Shown here: piece after piece, positions 26,889-35,028 of the stretch
Layout of the letters: each line of letters begins with the position of its first letter
Position numbering within the stretch: the first letter of the stretch is position 1
Source of the DNA: Bacteroidia bacterium
Lineage (GTDB): Bacteria; Bacteroidota; Bacteroidia; AKYH767-A; OLB10
Direction of reading: 5' to 3'
DNA length: 35,028 nt
Assembly (NCBI GenBank): GCA_032111385.1
Contig: JAULUX010000114.1
Location: forward strand, 1-35,028
Program-made: the position numbers and the translations under genes
Notes under the pieces: generated by a model
What the model was told of the DNA's origin: nothing
The model's database searches: none
The model's input: only the letters and a program-made list of their open reading frames with translations

Positions 26889-27488
26889 TTAACGCCCCCC
26901 GGTATTGGAAAGCCAATCCACCCACGACATGAAAGGACTGAAAGGGAAGCGATCCGCAAAAACCTGGACATAAGGCGCTATAGGAGCAACATGGGCTTCA
27001 ATGCTTTTCGGATCTTTCAAGTAGGTGAAGTCACAATCCGGAACCGATTCGTATGGATCTCCTTCCATGTTTGAGTTGCCTTTTGAAAGTCGTCCGATGA
27101 CAATGGCATTCAGTTCCTCATTGAGATCCAACAGAAATCGGTGCTTTCTGGAATAAACAGTGAATATTTCATCTCGGAACATTGGAAAAAACGGACTGCT
27201 ATTGTAGTCTGCAATGAGCGCACCCGTGTGCACCCGGATCCAATCCTGTTGGTAGCAAATCTGAATATCCTTGATGCAAGTCGATTTTCCTCCCGTGGAG
27301 TGAACCGGTACGGTTAAGGTTTGGATGCCGTTTGGTCCAAGGATGGATGCTCGGTTGAAAAGGCACTTTTTCTCCCATTTCATCTTCCGGTCTGTAACTA
27401 GGGTATTCGACCGGGAGAGCCATACCAATTCGGCTGGAGGGAGGTAGAGCGAGGGGATCTGAATCAGTCCTCCGGCTGGGGTGTTCAA
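26889..27488 (-). CDS. WbqC family protein (divergent)
   Basis: NR-x-x-I-x-GPNG-x-x-x-LTVPV, W-x-x-x-H, YNSSPFF, FLLDLN and PYVQVF. Sits in the usual position after lepB with a 4-nt overlap. Confidence 0.75.
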   Translation of the reverse strand: MNTPAGGLIQIPSLYLPPAELVWLSRSNTLVTDRKMKWEKKCLFNRASILGPNGIQTLTVPVHSTGGKSTCIKDIQICYQQDWIRVHTGALIADYNSSPFFPMFRDEIFTVYSRKHRFLLDLNEELNAIVIGRLSKGNSNMEGDPYESVPDCDFTYLKDPKSIEAHVAPIAPYVQVFADRFPFSPFMSWVDWLSNTGGR

Positions 27489-28579
27489 TCGTTGTTCCAG
27501 TGGATGATATTGAATAATCTGCTCCAGCGGATCTTATTGAAAAACTCTCCGTTTGTGTTCCACGACATCCAGATGAACACCGCCTTACCGACAACGTGGT
27601 CTTCGGGAACAAAGCCCCAAAAACGGGAATCGGCAGAGTTGTGGCGGTTGTCGCCCATCATAAAGTAATAATCCTGCTGAAAGGTGTAGGAGTCCGACTG
27701 TTTCCCATCGATAAACGCTTGTCCCGATTTCACCTCCAGGTTATGACCTTCGTAGGTGGTGATCACGCGACGGTAGATCGCAATGTTAGCGCTGTCGAGT
27801 CTTACAGTGCTGCCCTTCTTCGGTATAAACAAAGGACCGTAATTGTCCATGTTCCAGCGTAAAATCGGATCATGAGGGTAGATGTAATCCTCGAATTGAC
27901 CGGGAGGCATGCTCATCACCTGAAGCGAGGTGACATTGGGAAGTTCCTTAAGTTCTTTGGCGGCAGCCGAAGTAAGGCAGTAGCGGTATTCGCCCAATGA
28001 ATAGGCAGGACCTCCATCGGTGATATCGTTTTTACGGAGGATGCGATCGCTGAGTCCGCTGCCTGAGGTTTTGATGTCGTACACATATTGGCTCTTTTTC
28101 GGAACCATGGCTTTTTCGCTGTTGAGGTAAACCGTTCGGTCTACGATTCGAATCGTATCACCTGCGATACCTACACAGCGCTTGATGTAATGGGTCTGTT
28201 TGTCGATCGGCCGGTCATCTTCCAAAGGGTAATTGAACACCACGATGTCGTTGCGTTTGATGGATGCAAATCCCGGAAGCCTGTAATAAGGGAGTTTCCA
28301 AGCTTCAGAGTACGATTTTCCGCCGAAAAGGGGAATCTCCTGGTGCATGAAAGGGATTGAAAGCGGGGTCATAGGTGTACGGGCACCGTAATGCACCTTA
28401 CTCACAAAAAGAAAATCCCCCACCATTAGTGTTTTCTCCATGGATGGGGTCGGGATGGTAAATGCCTCGATCAGGAAAGTCCTGATGATGGTGGCCGCTA
28501 TCACCGCAAAAACGATGGCATCGGTCCATTCTCTTGCTTTGCTTTTGGGGCCGTTCGATTGCCAGAACTTCCAATTCAT
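27485..28579 (-). CDS. lepB: Signal peptidase I
   Basis: IPTPSMEKTL (Ser), YIKRCVG (Lys) and MGDNRHNSADSRFWGFVP. Confidence 0.96.
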   Translation of the reverse strand: MNWKFWQSNGPKSKAREWTDAIVFAVIAATIIRTFLIEAFTIPTPSMEKTLMVGDFLFVSKVHYGARTPMTPLSIPFMHQEIPLFGGKSYSEAWKLPYYRLPGFASIKRNDIVVFNYPLEDDRPIDKQTHYIKRCVGIAGDTIRIVDRTVYLNSEKAMVPKKSQYVYDIKTSGSGLSDRILRKNDITDGGPAYSLGEYRYCLTSAAAKELKELPNVTSLQVMSMPPGQFEDYIYPHDPILRWNMDNYGPLFIPKKGSTVRLDSANIAIYRRVITTYEGHNLEVKSGQAFIDGKQSDSYTFQQDYYFMMGDNRHNSADSRFWGFVPEDHVVGKAVFIWMSWNTNGEFFNKIRWSRLFNIIHWNND

Positions 28580-28627
28580 GGTTTGAGGGGTATTTTAAAG
28601 GGTCAAAAGTAAAGAATGCACGGTTGC

Positions 28628-29362
28628 TCAACCTCCATGTCCGAAGAGAACGTCTTCCATACCGTACACACCCTTTTTATCCCTTAGCCATTCCGCTGCG
28701 AGTAGTGCGCCGCGGGCGAATCCGTCCCGGTTGTGGGCGACGTGGCGAATGGACAATTCGTCGATGTCACTCTGCCAGGTGACGGTGTGTTCACCGACGG
28801 CGTCATGAATCCTTGAACTTTGAACAGGAAGTTGGTCGGACTGTACATCGTGGAAATCATCGGTCAGCAACCAGGAGCGGTAGGAGGGATGTGCTTCCAG
28901 GATATCACTTGCAAGCGTCACTGCGGTTCCACTGGGCTTGTCCAGCTTCTGCGGATGATGGCTCTCGCTTATCCGGACATTGTATCCGGATTGCTTGCTC
29001 ATCCATGAGGCCAGCTGGAGGTTCAAACGAAACATCAGCTGTACCCCGACGCTAAAATTGCTTGCTGTCAGCAAACTACCGTCTTTTTTCAGGAAAGCGG
29101 ACCGCACTTCCTCAAAACGTTCGTGCCATCCTGTTGTTCCGCAAACGACCGGAATCCCCGCTTCAAGGCACATCAGGAGGTTTTCAACCGCTGAGGATGG
29201 TTGTGTGAATTCAATCGCAACTTCACCTGAATTCAAATGGTGCTTTGCAAGTTGGCCTTTATTGGAGGAGTCGATTTTCAGTACGATGTGGTGCCCGGCG
29301 GCCAAAGCAGCTTTTTCAACTGCCTGCCCCATTTTTCCGTAACCGATCAAAATGATATCCAT
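28628..29362 (-). CDS. dapB: 4-hydroxy-tetrahydrodipicolinate reductase
   Basis: GYGKMG, IEFT, VCGTTGW, NFSVG, ESHHPQKLDKPSGTA and FARGA. Confidence 0.96.
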   Translation of the reverse strand: MDIILIGYGKMGQAVEKAALAAGHHIVLKIDSSNKGQLAKHHLNSGEVAIEFTQPSSAVENLLMCLEAGIPVVCGTTGWHERFEEVRSAFLKKDGSLLTASNFSVGVQLMFRLNLQLASWMSKQSGYNVRISESHHPQKLDKPSGTAVTLASDILEAHPSYRSWLLTDDFHDVQSDQLPVQSSRIHDAVGEHTVTWQSDIDELSIRHVAHNRDGFARGALLAAEWLRDKKGVYGMEDVLFGHGG

Positions 29363-29371
29363 GTATTGATG

Positions 29372-29989
29372 TCAGAAACGCAATGTCAATTGCACGCCGG
29401 GAGACAAAGAACCGCTTGAGGGATTGAAGGGTATTACCGGTTGCCAGTTTAGACTTAGATCGTCGTCCATGTTGAAATCGAACAAATGGGCGTCCACATG
29501 TGCGTCGATGATGTTGAGAACATAAACAAGCGACAAACCCATGATTGACAAATCGCGATTTCTGCGGTAAAAATCAGCTAGTGTACGAAGGTTGTCGTCC
29601 GTGTACAGATCGGTATACTCATCCACTGTGGCAGGGTTGTCGTCGTATCGGAGTACAAGGGCACCTTCGAACTCGTTGAATTTTTTCTGGTTGAAGTAAA
29701 TCAGATAACCCAAGCCTGCAAAACCTGCGTAAAGAATAGGCACTTTCCAGGCTTTGCGGTTATACACCTGACCGGCACCCGGTAAGACAGCCGATAGAAC
29801 CGTCGCTTTGCGGACGGAATGGACACTCACAATTGAATCTTGTTCCCGGATTTTCGATGATGAAATTTTGAGCGAATCACTTTCCTGGGCGACGGCCGGA
29901 AGAACCAATAAACAGATTATGATTCCACACAAGCTTGAGCGTGTGAAGAATCGTAAAATTTGAAACGCCGGTGATTTCAGCAGGTCCAA
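29372..29989 (-). CDS. DUF5683-domain protein
   Basis: SAVLPGAGQVYNRKAWKVP, RRNRD and LNIIDAHVDAHLFDF, between parB and dapB. Start uncertain (TTG). Confidence 0.75.
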   Translation of the reverse strand: MDLLKSPAFQILRFFTRSSLCGIIICLLVLPAVAQESDSLKISSSKIREQDSIVSVHSVRKATVLSAVLPGAGQVYNRKAWKVPILYAGFAGLGYLIYFNQKKFNEFEGALVLRYDDNPATVDEYTDLYTDDNLRTLADFYRRNRDLSIMGLSLVYVLNIIDAHVDAHLFDFNMDDDLSLNWQPVIPFNPSSGSLSPGVQLTLRF

Positions 29990-29995
29990 TTGGGT

Positions 29996-30907
29996 TCAAT
30001 CGAAATCGAGAAGGTCCATCAGGCGGTTCAAATCGTCATTGCTGAAATACTGAATGATGATCTTCCCGTTTCCGTTGTCCTTGTGTTTGATTTCAACCTT
30101 GGTTTCGTATCGGTGCTCCAGTCGATCTTCCAGATTACGTATTTCAGTGGCCCAGTTCGCCTTCTTCGCTTCTTTCTTATTCGACTTTTTGGGAGCCTGC
30201 TGCCTCACCAGGTCTTCGACCTTTCTTACAGATAAGTCTCCTTCAAGGATGTCTTTGAAAATCTTGAGCTGCATGCCGATGTCGTCTACACCGAGGATGG
30301 CTCTTGCATGACCCATGCTTAGCTTTCCGTCGCGGATAGCCGATTGGATCTGGGGTGGTAGTTTCAGCAGTCGCAGGTAGTTGGTGACGGTGCTGCGTTC
30401 TTTGCCGACACGTTCACCCAGACTTTCCTGAGTGAGTTTGCATTCTTCGATAAGACGCTGATAACTGATAGCGATTTCGAGAGCGTTGAGGTTTTCCCTT
30501 TGGATATTCTCCACCAAAGCCATCTCCAACATCGACTGGTCGTTGGCGGTACGGATGTAGGCGGGTATCGTGGAAAGTCCTGCGAGGCGACAGGCTTTGT
30601 ATCTGCGTTCACCGCTGATGATCTGATAGCGGTCATTTGACATCCTCCTGACGGTGATCGGCTGGATGATCCCTTGTATTTGTATCGACTCGGCGAGTTC
30701 CGTCAGTGCCTCCTCATCGAATTCGGTGCGGGGTTGGAAAGGATTGGCTTCTATCTGATCAAGCGGAATCTGAGTGACTGATCCGGTAGCCGGGAGTATG
30801 GGAGTTGTATCGTTGACTCCTCGCGGGGCAGGGGTGCCTGCCGGTAGGGATCCGTTATCCAGTAGCGCGCCAAGGCCTTTGCCCAGGGCGGATTTCTTCA
30901 TCGTCAT
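29996..30907 (-). CDS. parB: Chromosome partitioning protein ParB/Spo0J
   Basis: LGKGLGALL, NPFQPR, GERR CTPase motif, ENIQRENL and HTH GKERSTVTNYLRLL. Confidence 0.96.
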   Translation of the reverse strand: MTMKKSALGKGLGALLDNGSLPAGTPAPRGVNDTTPILPATGSVTQIPLDQIEANPFQPRTEFDEEALTELAESIQIQGIIQPITVRRMSNDRYQIISGERRYKACRLAGLSTIPAYIRTANDQSMLEMALVENIQRENLNALEIAISYQRLIEECKLTQESLGERVGKERSTVTNYLRLLKLPPQIQSAIRDGKLSMGHARAILGVDDIGMQLKIFKDILEGDLSVRKVEDLVRQQAPKKSNKKEAKKANWATEIRNLEDRLEHRYETKVEIKHKDNGNGKIIIQYFSNDDLNRLMDLLDFD

Positions 30908-30935
30908 ATGCGTTCAGCGGATGTTGTTTTCAGGT

Positions 30936-31772
30936 TCAATTGTCGGAAACTTTCAGTTTCTCGATGACTTTGTCGGTGAGCACTTTCTCCTCTGCCGACA
31001 TGCCGGTGAGGTTGTTTTTTTGAAGGATTTCCCGTGCCAGATTCAGGTAGTTGATCGCCCCCTTGCTGGTAGCGTCGTGCATGATGATGCTTTCTCCAAA
31101 ACTGGGAGCCTCGCCCAACTTGGTGTTTCGCTGGATGATGGTGTCGAACACCATGTCCTGGAAATGCGTCTTCACCTCTTCCACCACCTGATTGCTCAGA
31201 CGAAGACGCATGTCGTACATGGTCAGCAGGATGCCTTCAATCGCCAGTTCCGGATTCAATCGATTCTGAACGATTTTGATGGTGTTGAGCAGTTTGCCGA
31301 GTCCTTCGAGGGCGAAATACTCGCACTGCACAGGGATTATCACCGAATCGGAAGCGGTGAGCGAATTGATGGTGATGAGTCCGAGCGAAGGCGAACAGTC
31401 GATGATGATGAAGTCGAACTCAGGCGACACCGCCTCAAGCACCTGCTTCATCATCCGTTCCCGGTTCGGCATCTGGATCATTTCGATTTCCGCACCGACA
31501 AGGTCGATATGGGAGGGGAGAAGATGGAGATGCGGAGTCTTGGTTTCGAGAATGATGTCTTTCGGTGAGACATCGTTCACAATACACTCGTAAATGGACG
31601 TTTTCACGGTCCTGGGGTCGAAGCCTACCCCGGAAGTGGCGTTGGCCTGCGGATCAGCATCGACTAAAAGCGTTTTGTATTCGAGCACGGCCAAACTGGC
31701 TGCCAGATTGATTGCGGTGGTCGTTTTACCGACACCGCCTTTTTGATTTGCGATAGAAATGATTTTAGCCAT
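30936..31772 (-). CDS. parA: Chromosome partitioning ATPase ParA/Soj
   Basis: NQKGGVGKTT, DADPQAN, IIDCSP, PVQCEYFALEG and EAPSFG. Confidence 0.96.
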   Translation of the reverse strand: MAKIISIANQKGGVGKTTTAINLAASLAVLEYKTLLVDADPQANATSGVGFDPRTVKTSIYECIVNDVSPKDIILETKTPHLHLLPSHIDLVGAEIEMIQMPNRERMMKQVLEAVSPEFDFIIIDCSPSLGLITINSLTASDSVIIPVQCEYFALEGLGKLLNTIKIVQNRLNPELAIEGILLTMYDMRLRLSNQVVEEVKTHFQDMVFDTIIQRNTKLGEAPSFGESIIMHDATSKGAINYLNLAREILQKNNLTGMSAEEKVLTDKVIEKLKVSDN

Positions 31773-31790
31773 GGTCGTAGAGATTCGGTT

Positions 31791-32489
31791 TCAGGGGGTA
31801 AGGTACTTACTCAATTCATAGGATTTTCCGACCGGCAGCAGGATGAGTTCCTTCCCGCTGGCTGCAAATTTTCCGAAGGCTTCATCCTGGTCGATGCGGA
31901 TGGGCGGGAAGGTGTCGTAGTGCATACCGATGATCCGGTCGCAGCGGATGAAATCGGACGCGATCACTGCGTTGTCGATTCCCATGGTGAAGTTGTTGCC
32001 TATGGGCAGAAAGGCCAGATCGATGCGCTTGTAATCGCCGATCAGCTTCATGTCCATGGTCAACGCCGTATCGCCTGCAAAGTAAATGTTGGCATCATCC
32101 GTTTCGAGCAGGAAGCCCATTGCGGATCCTCCATAACTACCGTCCGGCAACGAGGAGGAATGAACAGCATTCACGCATTTCACCTTGCCGAAATCGAAGT
32201 GCCAATGCCCGCCGATGTTCATCGGATGCGTACGTTGCACACCGTGGCGTTCGAGCCAACGGGTGATTTCAAAATTCGAAATCACCAGCGCTCCGCTGTT
32301 TTGGGCAATTTCTACAGTGTCTCCTACATGATCATCATGTCCGTGGGAAACAAGAATGTAATCCGGTTTCAAGCCGGCAACGTCAATCCCGGAAGCCAAT
32401 TTATTCCCCCGGATGAACGGGTCGAACAAAAGGGTTTGCCCTTTGACTTCCAATAGAAAGCATGAATGACCTAAATACTTGATATTCAT
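31791..32489 (-). CDS. Metallo-beta-lactamase-fold metal-dependent hydrolase (UPF0173)
   Basis: LGHSC, DPF, SHGHDDH, AVHSS, FAGDT, LPIG..FTM and MHYDTF. Confidence 0.9.
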   Translation of the reverse strand: MNIKYLGHSCFLLEVKGQTLLFDPFIRGNKLASGIDVAGLKPDYILVSHGHDDHVGDTVEIAQNSGALVISNFEITRWLERHGVQRTHPMNIGGHWHFDFGKVKCVNAVHSSSLPDGSYGGSAMGFLLETDDANIYFAGDTALTMDMKLIGDYKRIDLAFLPIGNNFTMGIDNAVIASDFIRCDRIIGMHYDTFPPIRIDQDEAFGKFAASGKELILLPVGKSYELSKYLTP

Positions 32490-32536
32490 TGGTTAATTAC
32501 GTCGACTTTTCGACATCGATCGAAATGCAGGTTTCC

Positions 32537-32544
32537 CAAAGATA
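32537..32544 (-). promoter_or_regulatory. -7 element (TATCTTTG) of the MBL-parA-parB operon
   Basis: Exact TAnnTTTG match 47 nt upstream of the ATG. Confidence 0.6.
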
Positions 32545-32584
32545 GCGAGCCTTTTCGGGAGCTTGCAATGAAAACCTGATTGAA

Positions 32585-32635
32585 TTATCCACCGGTTTAT
32601 TGTGGATCAGGCAATTTGGGTCAATAAGTTGATAA
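32585..32635. promoter_or_regulatory. Cluster of three DnaA-box-like 9-mers
   Basis: TTATCCACC (32585-93, +), TGATCCACA (32601-09, -) and TTATCAACT (32627-35, -), compared with TTATCCACA. Confidence 0.45.
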
Positions 32636-32659
32636 CGAAAAACTTGTGATGTAGATTGT

Positions 32660-34129
32660 CTATCGGACCAATAAAAATGGTTCGCGCTTTCGCTTGTTTA
32701 TGTACCGTCCGTTGTCGTACCCCGAGTATTTAAGGACGTAGACATAAACCCCTTCGGGTGCGTCCTTGCCTTTCCAGGTGCCGTCCCAGCCATCTTCCGG
32801 GTCTTCACTTTCAAATAGCAATTGCCCCATACGGTTGTAAATCTCCAGTTTGCCTGTGTATTCGGTACAATTCACTTTACTTTGAAACAGTTCATTTTTG
32901 TTGTCCCGGTTCGGGCTGAACGCGCTGGGCAGATAAACAAGACAATTGCAGGTGACAAAAGTGACTTGAATAGAGTCGGCTGCGATACCGCAACGGTTTT
33001 CCGCGGTCACATAGTAGAATCCGGTGACTCCGGGTTGAAAAGTCGATTCGGTAGAACCGTCCTGCCAACTGTAAGTGGCGCCGTAATTGAATGCGTTGAG
33101 GATAAGCGGTTGTCCGGAACAAAGCAGGCTGTCCTCGCCTAGAAAAACGCTGGGTTTGTCTTGCTGGTCCAGTAAAATCGTGTCGCCTGCTATGCAGTTT
33201 CCAACGCTGACCAAAACAGAGTAAAATCCAGGGTCTTCGGCAAAGATGAATGGGTTGGTTGAGCCATTTTGCCAGATGTAAGATGCATTTTGGTTGGTGG
33301 CATCCAGGAAAATGGGGAAGCCCTTGCAAACGACCGTGTCGTTGCCCAGGAAGACCTGGGGACTGGGATCGACAGAAATCTGTACCGTACTTGTGGAACT
33401 GCATCCTCCGATTGAAACGGTGACCGAATAGGCGCCGGAGGTGCTTGCAATGTAAGTTGGATTGCTGCTGCCGTCTTGCCAAAGGTAGGTGGCTGAAGGC
33501 TGAAATCCGGGGTCGAGGACGAGCGATTGTCCGTCGCAAATCGATCGGTCGTTGCCCAGGCTCGAAAGGGGCACCGGGTAAAAAAGAACACTGATGGTAT
33601 CCGAAGCGATACATCCTTGCCGGTCCTGTTTCACCCAATAAATACCCGCTTGCGTTACGGTCAGGGTGTTTCCGCTGCTGGCATCAGACCAAACAGTCAA
33701 AGCTCCGGCAGCCGGACCGGGATTGAGCGTAACTGGAGTTCCGGCACAGCTCGAAATGTCAGGTCCAAGATCGGGCGATGGGGTCTCAATGATGAAGATG
33801 GTTTTTGTTTCCGTTTCCGGAACGCCGGAGGTCCATGCCGTAAGGGTCACATCGAATGTTCCGGGATTGCTGAACAGGTGTTGAGGGTTAAGGGCCGTGC
33901 TGGTGTTCAGAATTCCTGATGAAGGGTCGTCAAAGTCCCAGCGAATGGAATCCTGGCCTGCGACGAGGGCGGAGAAAAGGGTCGGTGAACCGGAGCATGT
34001 GTCGGAATAAATGAAGTCTGTGTTGACGATCAAGGCAAAAGAACTACCCATCGATTCCGCCCGGGTCGTTAGGGTGTTTGCCGAAACAAGCAGGGCACAG
34101 ACAGCAAAGATTCTCGACAGGATATTCAT
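32660..34129 (-). CDS. T9SS type-B (gliding motility-associated) CTD protein with a PKD domain and four ~70-aa Ig-like repeats
   Basis: WDFDD...PQHLF..PG PKD. Repeats start LGPDISSC, LGNDRSIC, LGNDTVVC and LGEDSLLC. CTD 'PSAFSPNRDNKN...IYNRMG...WDG...GVYVY'. Start taken as ATG 34129. Confidence 0.85.
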   Translation of the reverse strand: MNILSRIFAVCALLVSANTLTTRAESMGSSFALIVNTDFIYSDTCSGSPTLFSALVAGQDSIRWDFDDPSSGILNTSTALNPQHLFSNPGTFDVTLTAWTSGVPETETKTIFIIETPSPDLGPDISSCAGTPVTLNPGPAAGALTVWSDASSGNTLTVTQAGIYWVKQDRQGCIASDTISVLFYPVPLSSLGNDRSICDGQSLVLDPGFQPSATYLWQDGSSNPTYIASTSGAYSVTVSIGGCSSTSTVQISVDPSPQVFLGNDTVVCKGFPIFLDATNQNASYIWQNGSTNPFIFAEDPGFYSVLVSVGNCIAGDTILLDQQDKPSVFLGEDSLLCSGQPLILNAFNYGATYSWQDGSTESTFQPGVTGFYYVTAENRCGIAADSIQVTFVTCNCLVYLPSAFSPNRDNKNELFQSKVNCTEYTGKLEIYNRMGQLLFESEDPEDGWDGTWKGKDAPEGVYVYVLKYSGYDNGRYINKRKREPFLLVR

Positions 34130-34216
34130 TACATGCAAAAATCGTAAAAAACGGCCTTGGGATGAAATTATAGTGGCAGTAGTTTGCGGAATGAACTGAT
34201 CGAAATGCGAAGGACT

Positions 34217-34224
34217 TATTTTTA
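34217..34224 (+). promoter_or_regulatory. Near-consensus -7 element (TATTTTTA) 4 nt before the M16 peptidase ATG
   Basis: TATTTTTA-CAAC-ATG. Confidence 0.45.
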
Positions 34225-34228
34225 CAAC

Positions 34229-35028
34229 ATGAAACAGTCCTTCTTCACCCGTTGCCCATTTCTGTCATTGCTTCTTTTTGTCATCCTGGGGACAGGCCTT
34301 CCTGCCTTTTCTCAAAGTCCGACCGGAGGAGGATCTTTCTCCTTCGATTCGGTGCCGGGTGATCCTCTGCGCGCCCGTATTTACACCCTGGAGAATGGAC
34401 TAAAGGTTTATCTGTCTGTTTACCGCGACGAGCCTCGGTTTCAATCCATGATCGGCGTGAAGGCCGGCTCCAAACACGATCCGGCAGAATACACCGGTCT
34501 TGCACATTACCTCGAGCACATGCTGTTCAAAGGAACGGATGTGTACGGAACGCTCGATTACAAGACTGAAGCCGTACTGCTCGATACGATTTTCGCACTT
34601 TACGAGCGTTACGGAGCTACCCAAGACAGTTTGAGTCGTGTACTCATTTACAGGCAAATCGATTCTGTGTCGGCAGTGGCGTCCCGCTATGCCATTGCCA
34701 ACGAATTTGACAAGATGATGGCCTCCATGGGGGTTTCCGGTGTGAATGCATACACATCGAATGAACGAACAGTTTACATCAACAATGTGCCATCGAATCA
34801 GCTCGAGAATTTTCTTGGCGTAGAAGCTGAACGGTTCCGCAATCCGGTGATGCGGCTTTTCCATACGGAGCTCGAAACGGTTTACGAAGAAAAGAACCGC
34901 TCGCTGGACAACGACCGGTCCAAGGTCTTTGAAAATCTCTATGGCGGATTATTTCCCAACCATCAGTATGGCACGCAGACGACCATCGGAACAGTAGAGC
35001 ATCTGAAAAAGCCCTCTTTGAAGGCCAT
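34229..35028 (+). CDS. M16 (insulinase/pitrilysin) zinc metallopeptidase, 5' part, runs off the window
   Basis: Translated by hand (not in the ORF track): [20 protein letters not shown]...[11 protein letters not shown]...[25 protein letters not shown]...NAYTS. HxxEH motif and a signal peptide. Confidence 0.92.
   Translation, partial: MKQSFFTRCPFLSLLLFVILGTGLPAFSQSPTGGGSFSFDSVPGDPLRARIYTLENGLKVYLSVYRDEPRFQSMIGVKAGSKHDPAEYTGLAHYLEHMLFKGTDVYGTLDYKTEAVLLDTIFALYERYGATQDSLSRVLIYRQIDSVSAVASRYAIANEFDKMMASMGVSGVNAYTSNERTVYINNVPSNQLENFLGVEAERFRNPVMRLFHTELETVYEEKNRSLDNDRSKVFENLYGGLFPNHQYGTQTTIGTVEHLKKPSLKA

Noticed and set aside
32960-33790. Periodic repeats that might suggest an array
   Set aside because: They are degenerate protein-level Ig-like repeats inside a CDS, not identical DNA repeats with spacers. 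No cas genes are present.

Overview
A housekeeping-rich chromosomal segment from a Bacteroidota bacterium. The assignment rests on T9SS cargo proteins, 'MRQLKIT' primary-type sigma factors, TAnnTTTG promoters and the MBL-parA-parB-DUF5683-dapB-lepB-wbqC operon. In order it holds two T9SS type-A Asp-box proteins, a flippase coupled to a CopA-type P1B ATPase, tRNA-His(GUG), a long-form GAPDH, sigma paralog 1 and degP. Next come a coupled dapF-GNAT-[7x CxxCH cytochrome c/TPR protein]-mltG operon, an LKR/saccharopine dehydrogenase-like enzyme, rpe and two interrupted orphan paralogs that look like beta-barrels. The rest is sigma paralog 2, pnp, rpsO, accD, fbaB, the parAB operon, a T9SS type-B protein and the 5' part of an M16 peptidase absent from the ORF track. 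I found no mobile element, CRISPR array or rRNA. The best leads are the heptaheme cytochrome/TPR gene inside a peptidoglycan operon, two primary-type sigma-70 paralogs 11 kb apart, the disrupted orphan pair (one by a G7 tract), recurrent leaderless promoter-start spacing, and DnaA-box-like sites ahead of parAB. All calls come from reading motifs by eye; no searches were run.
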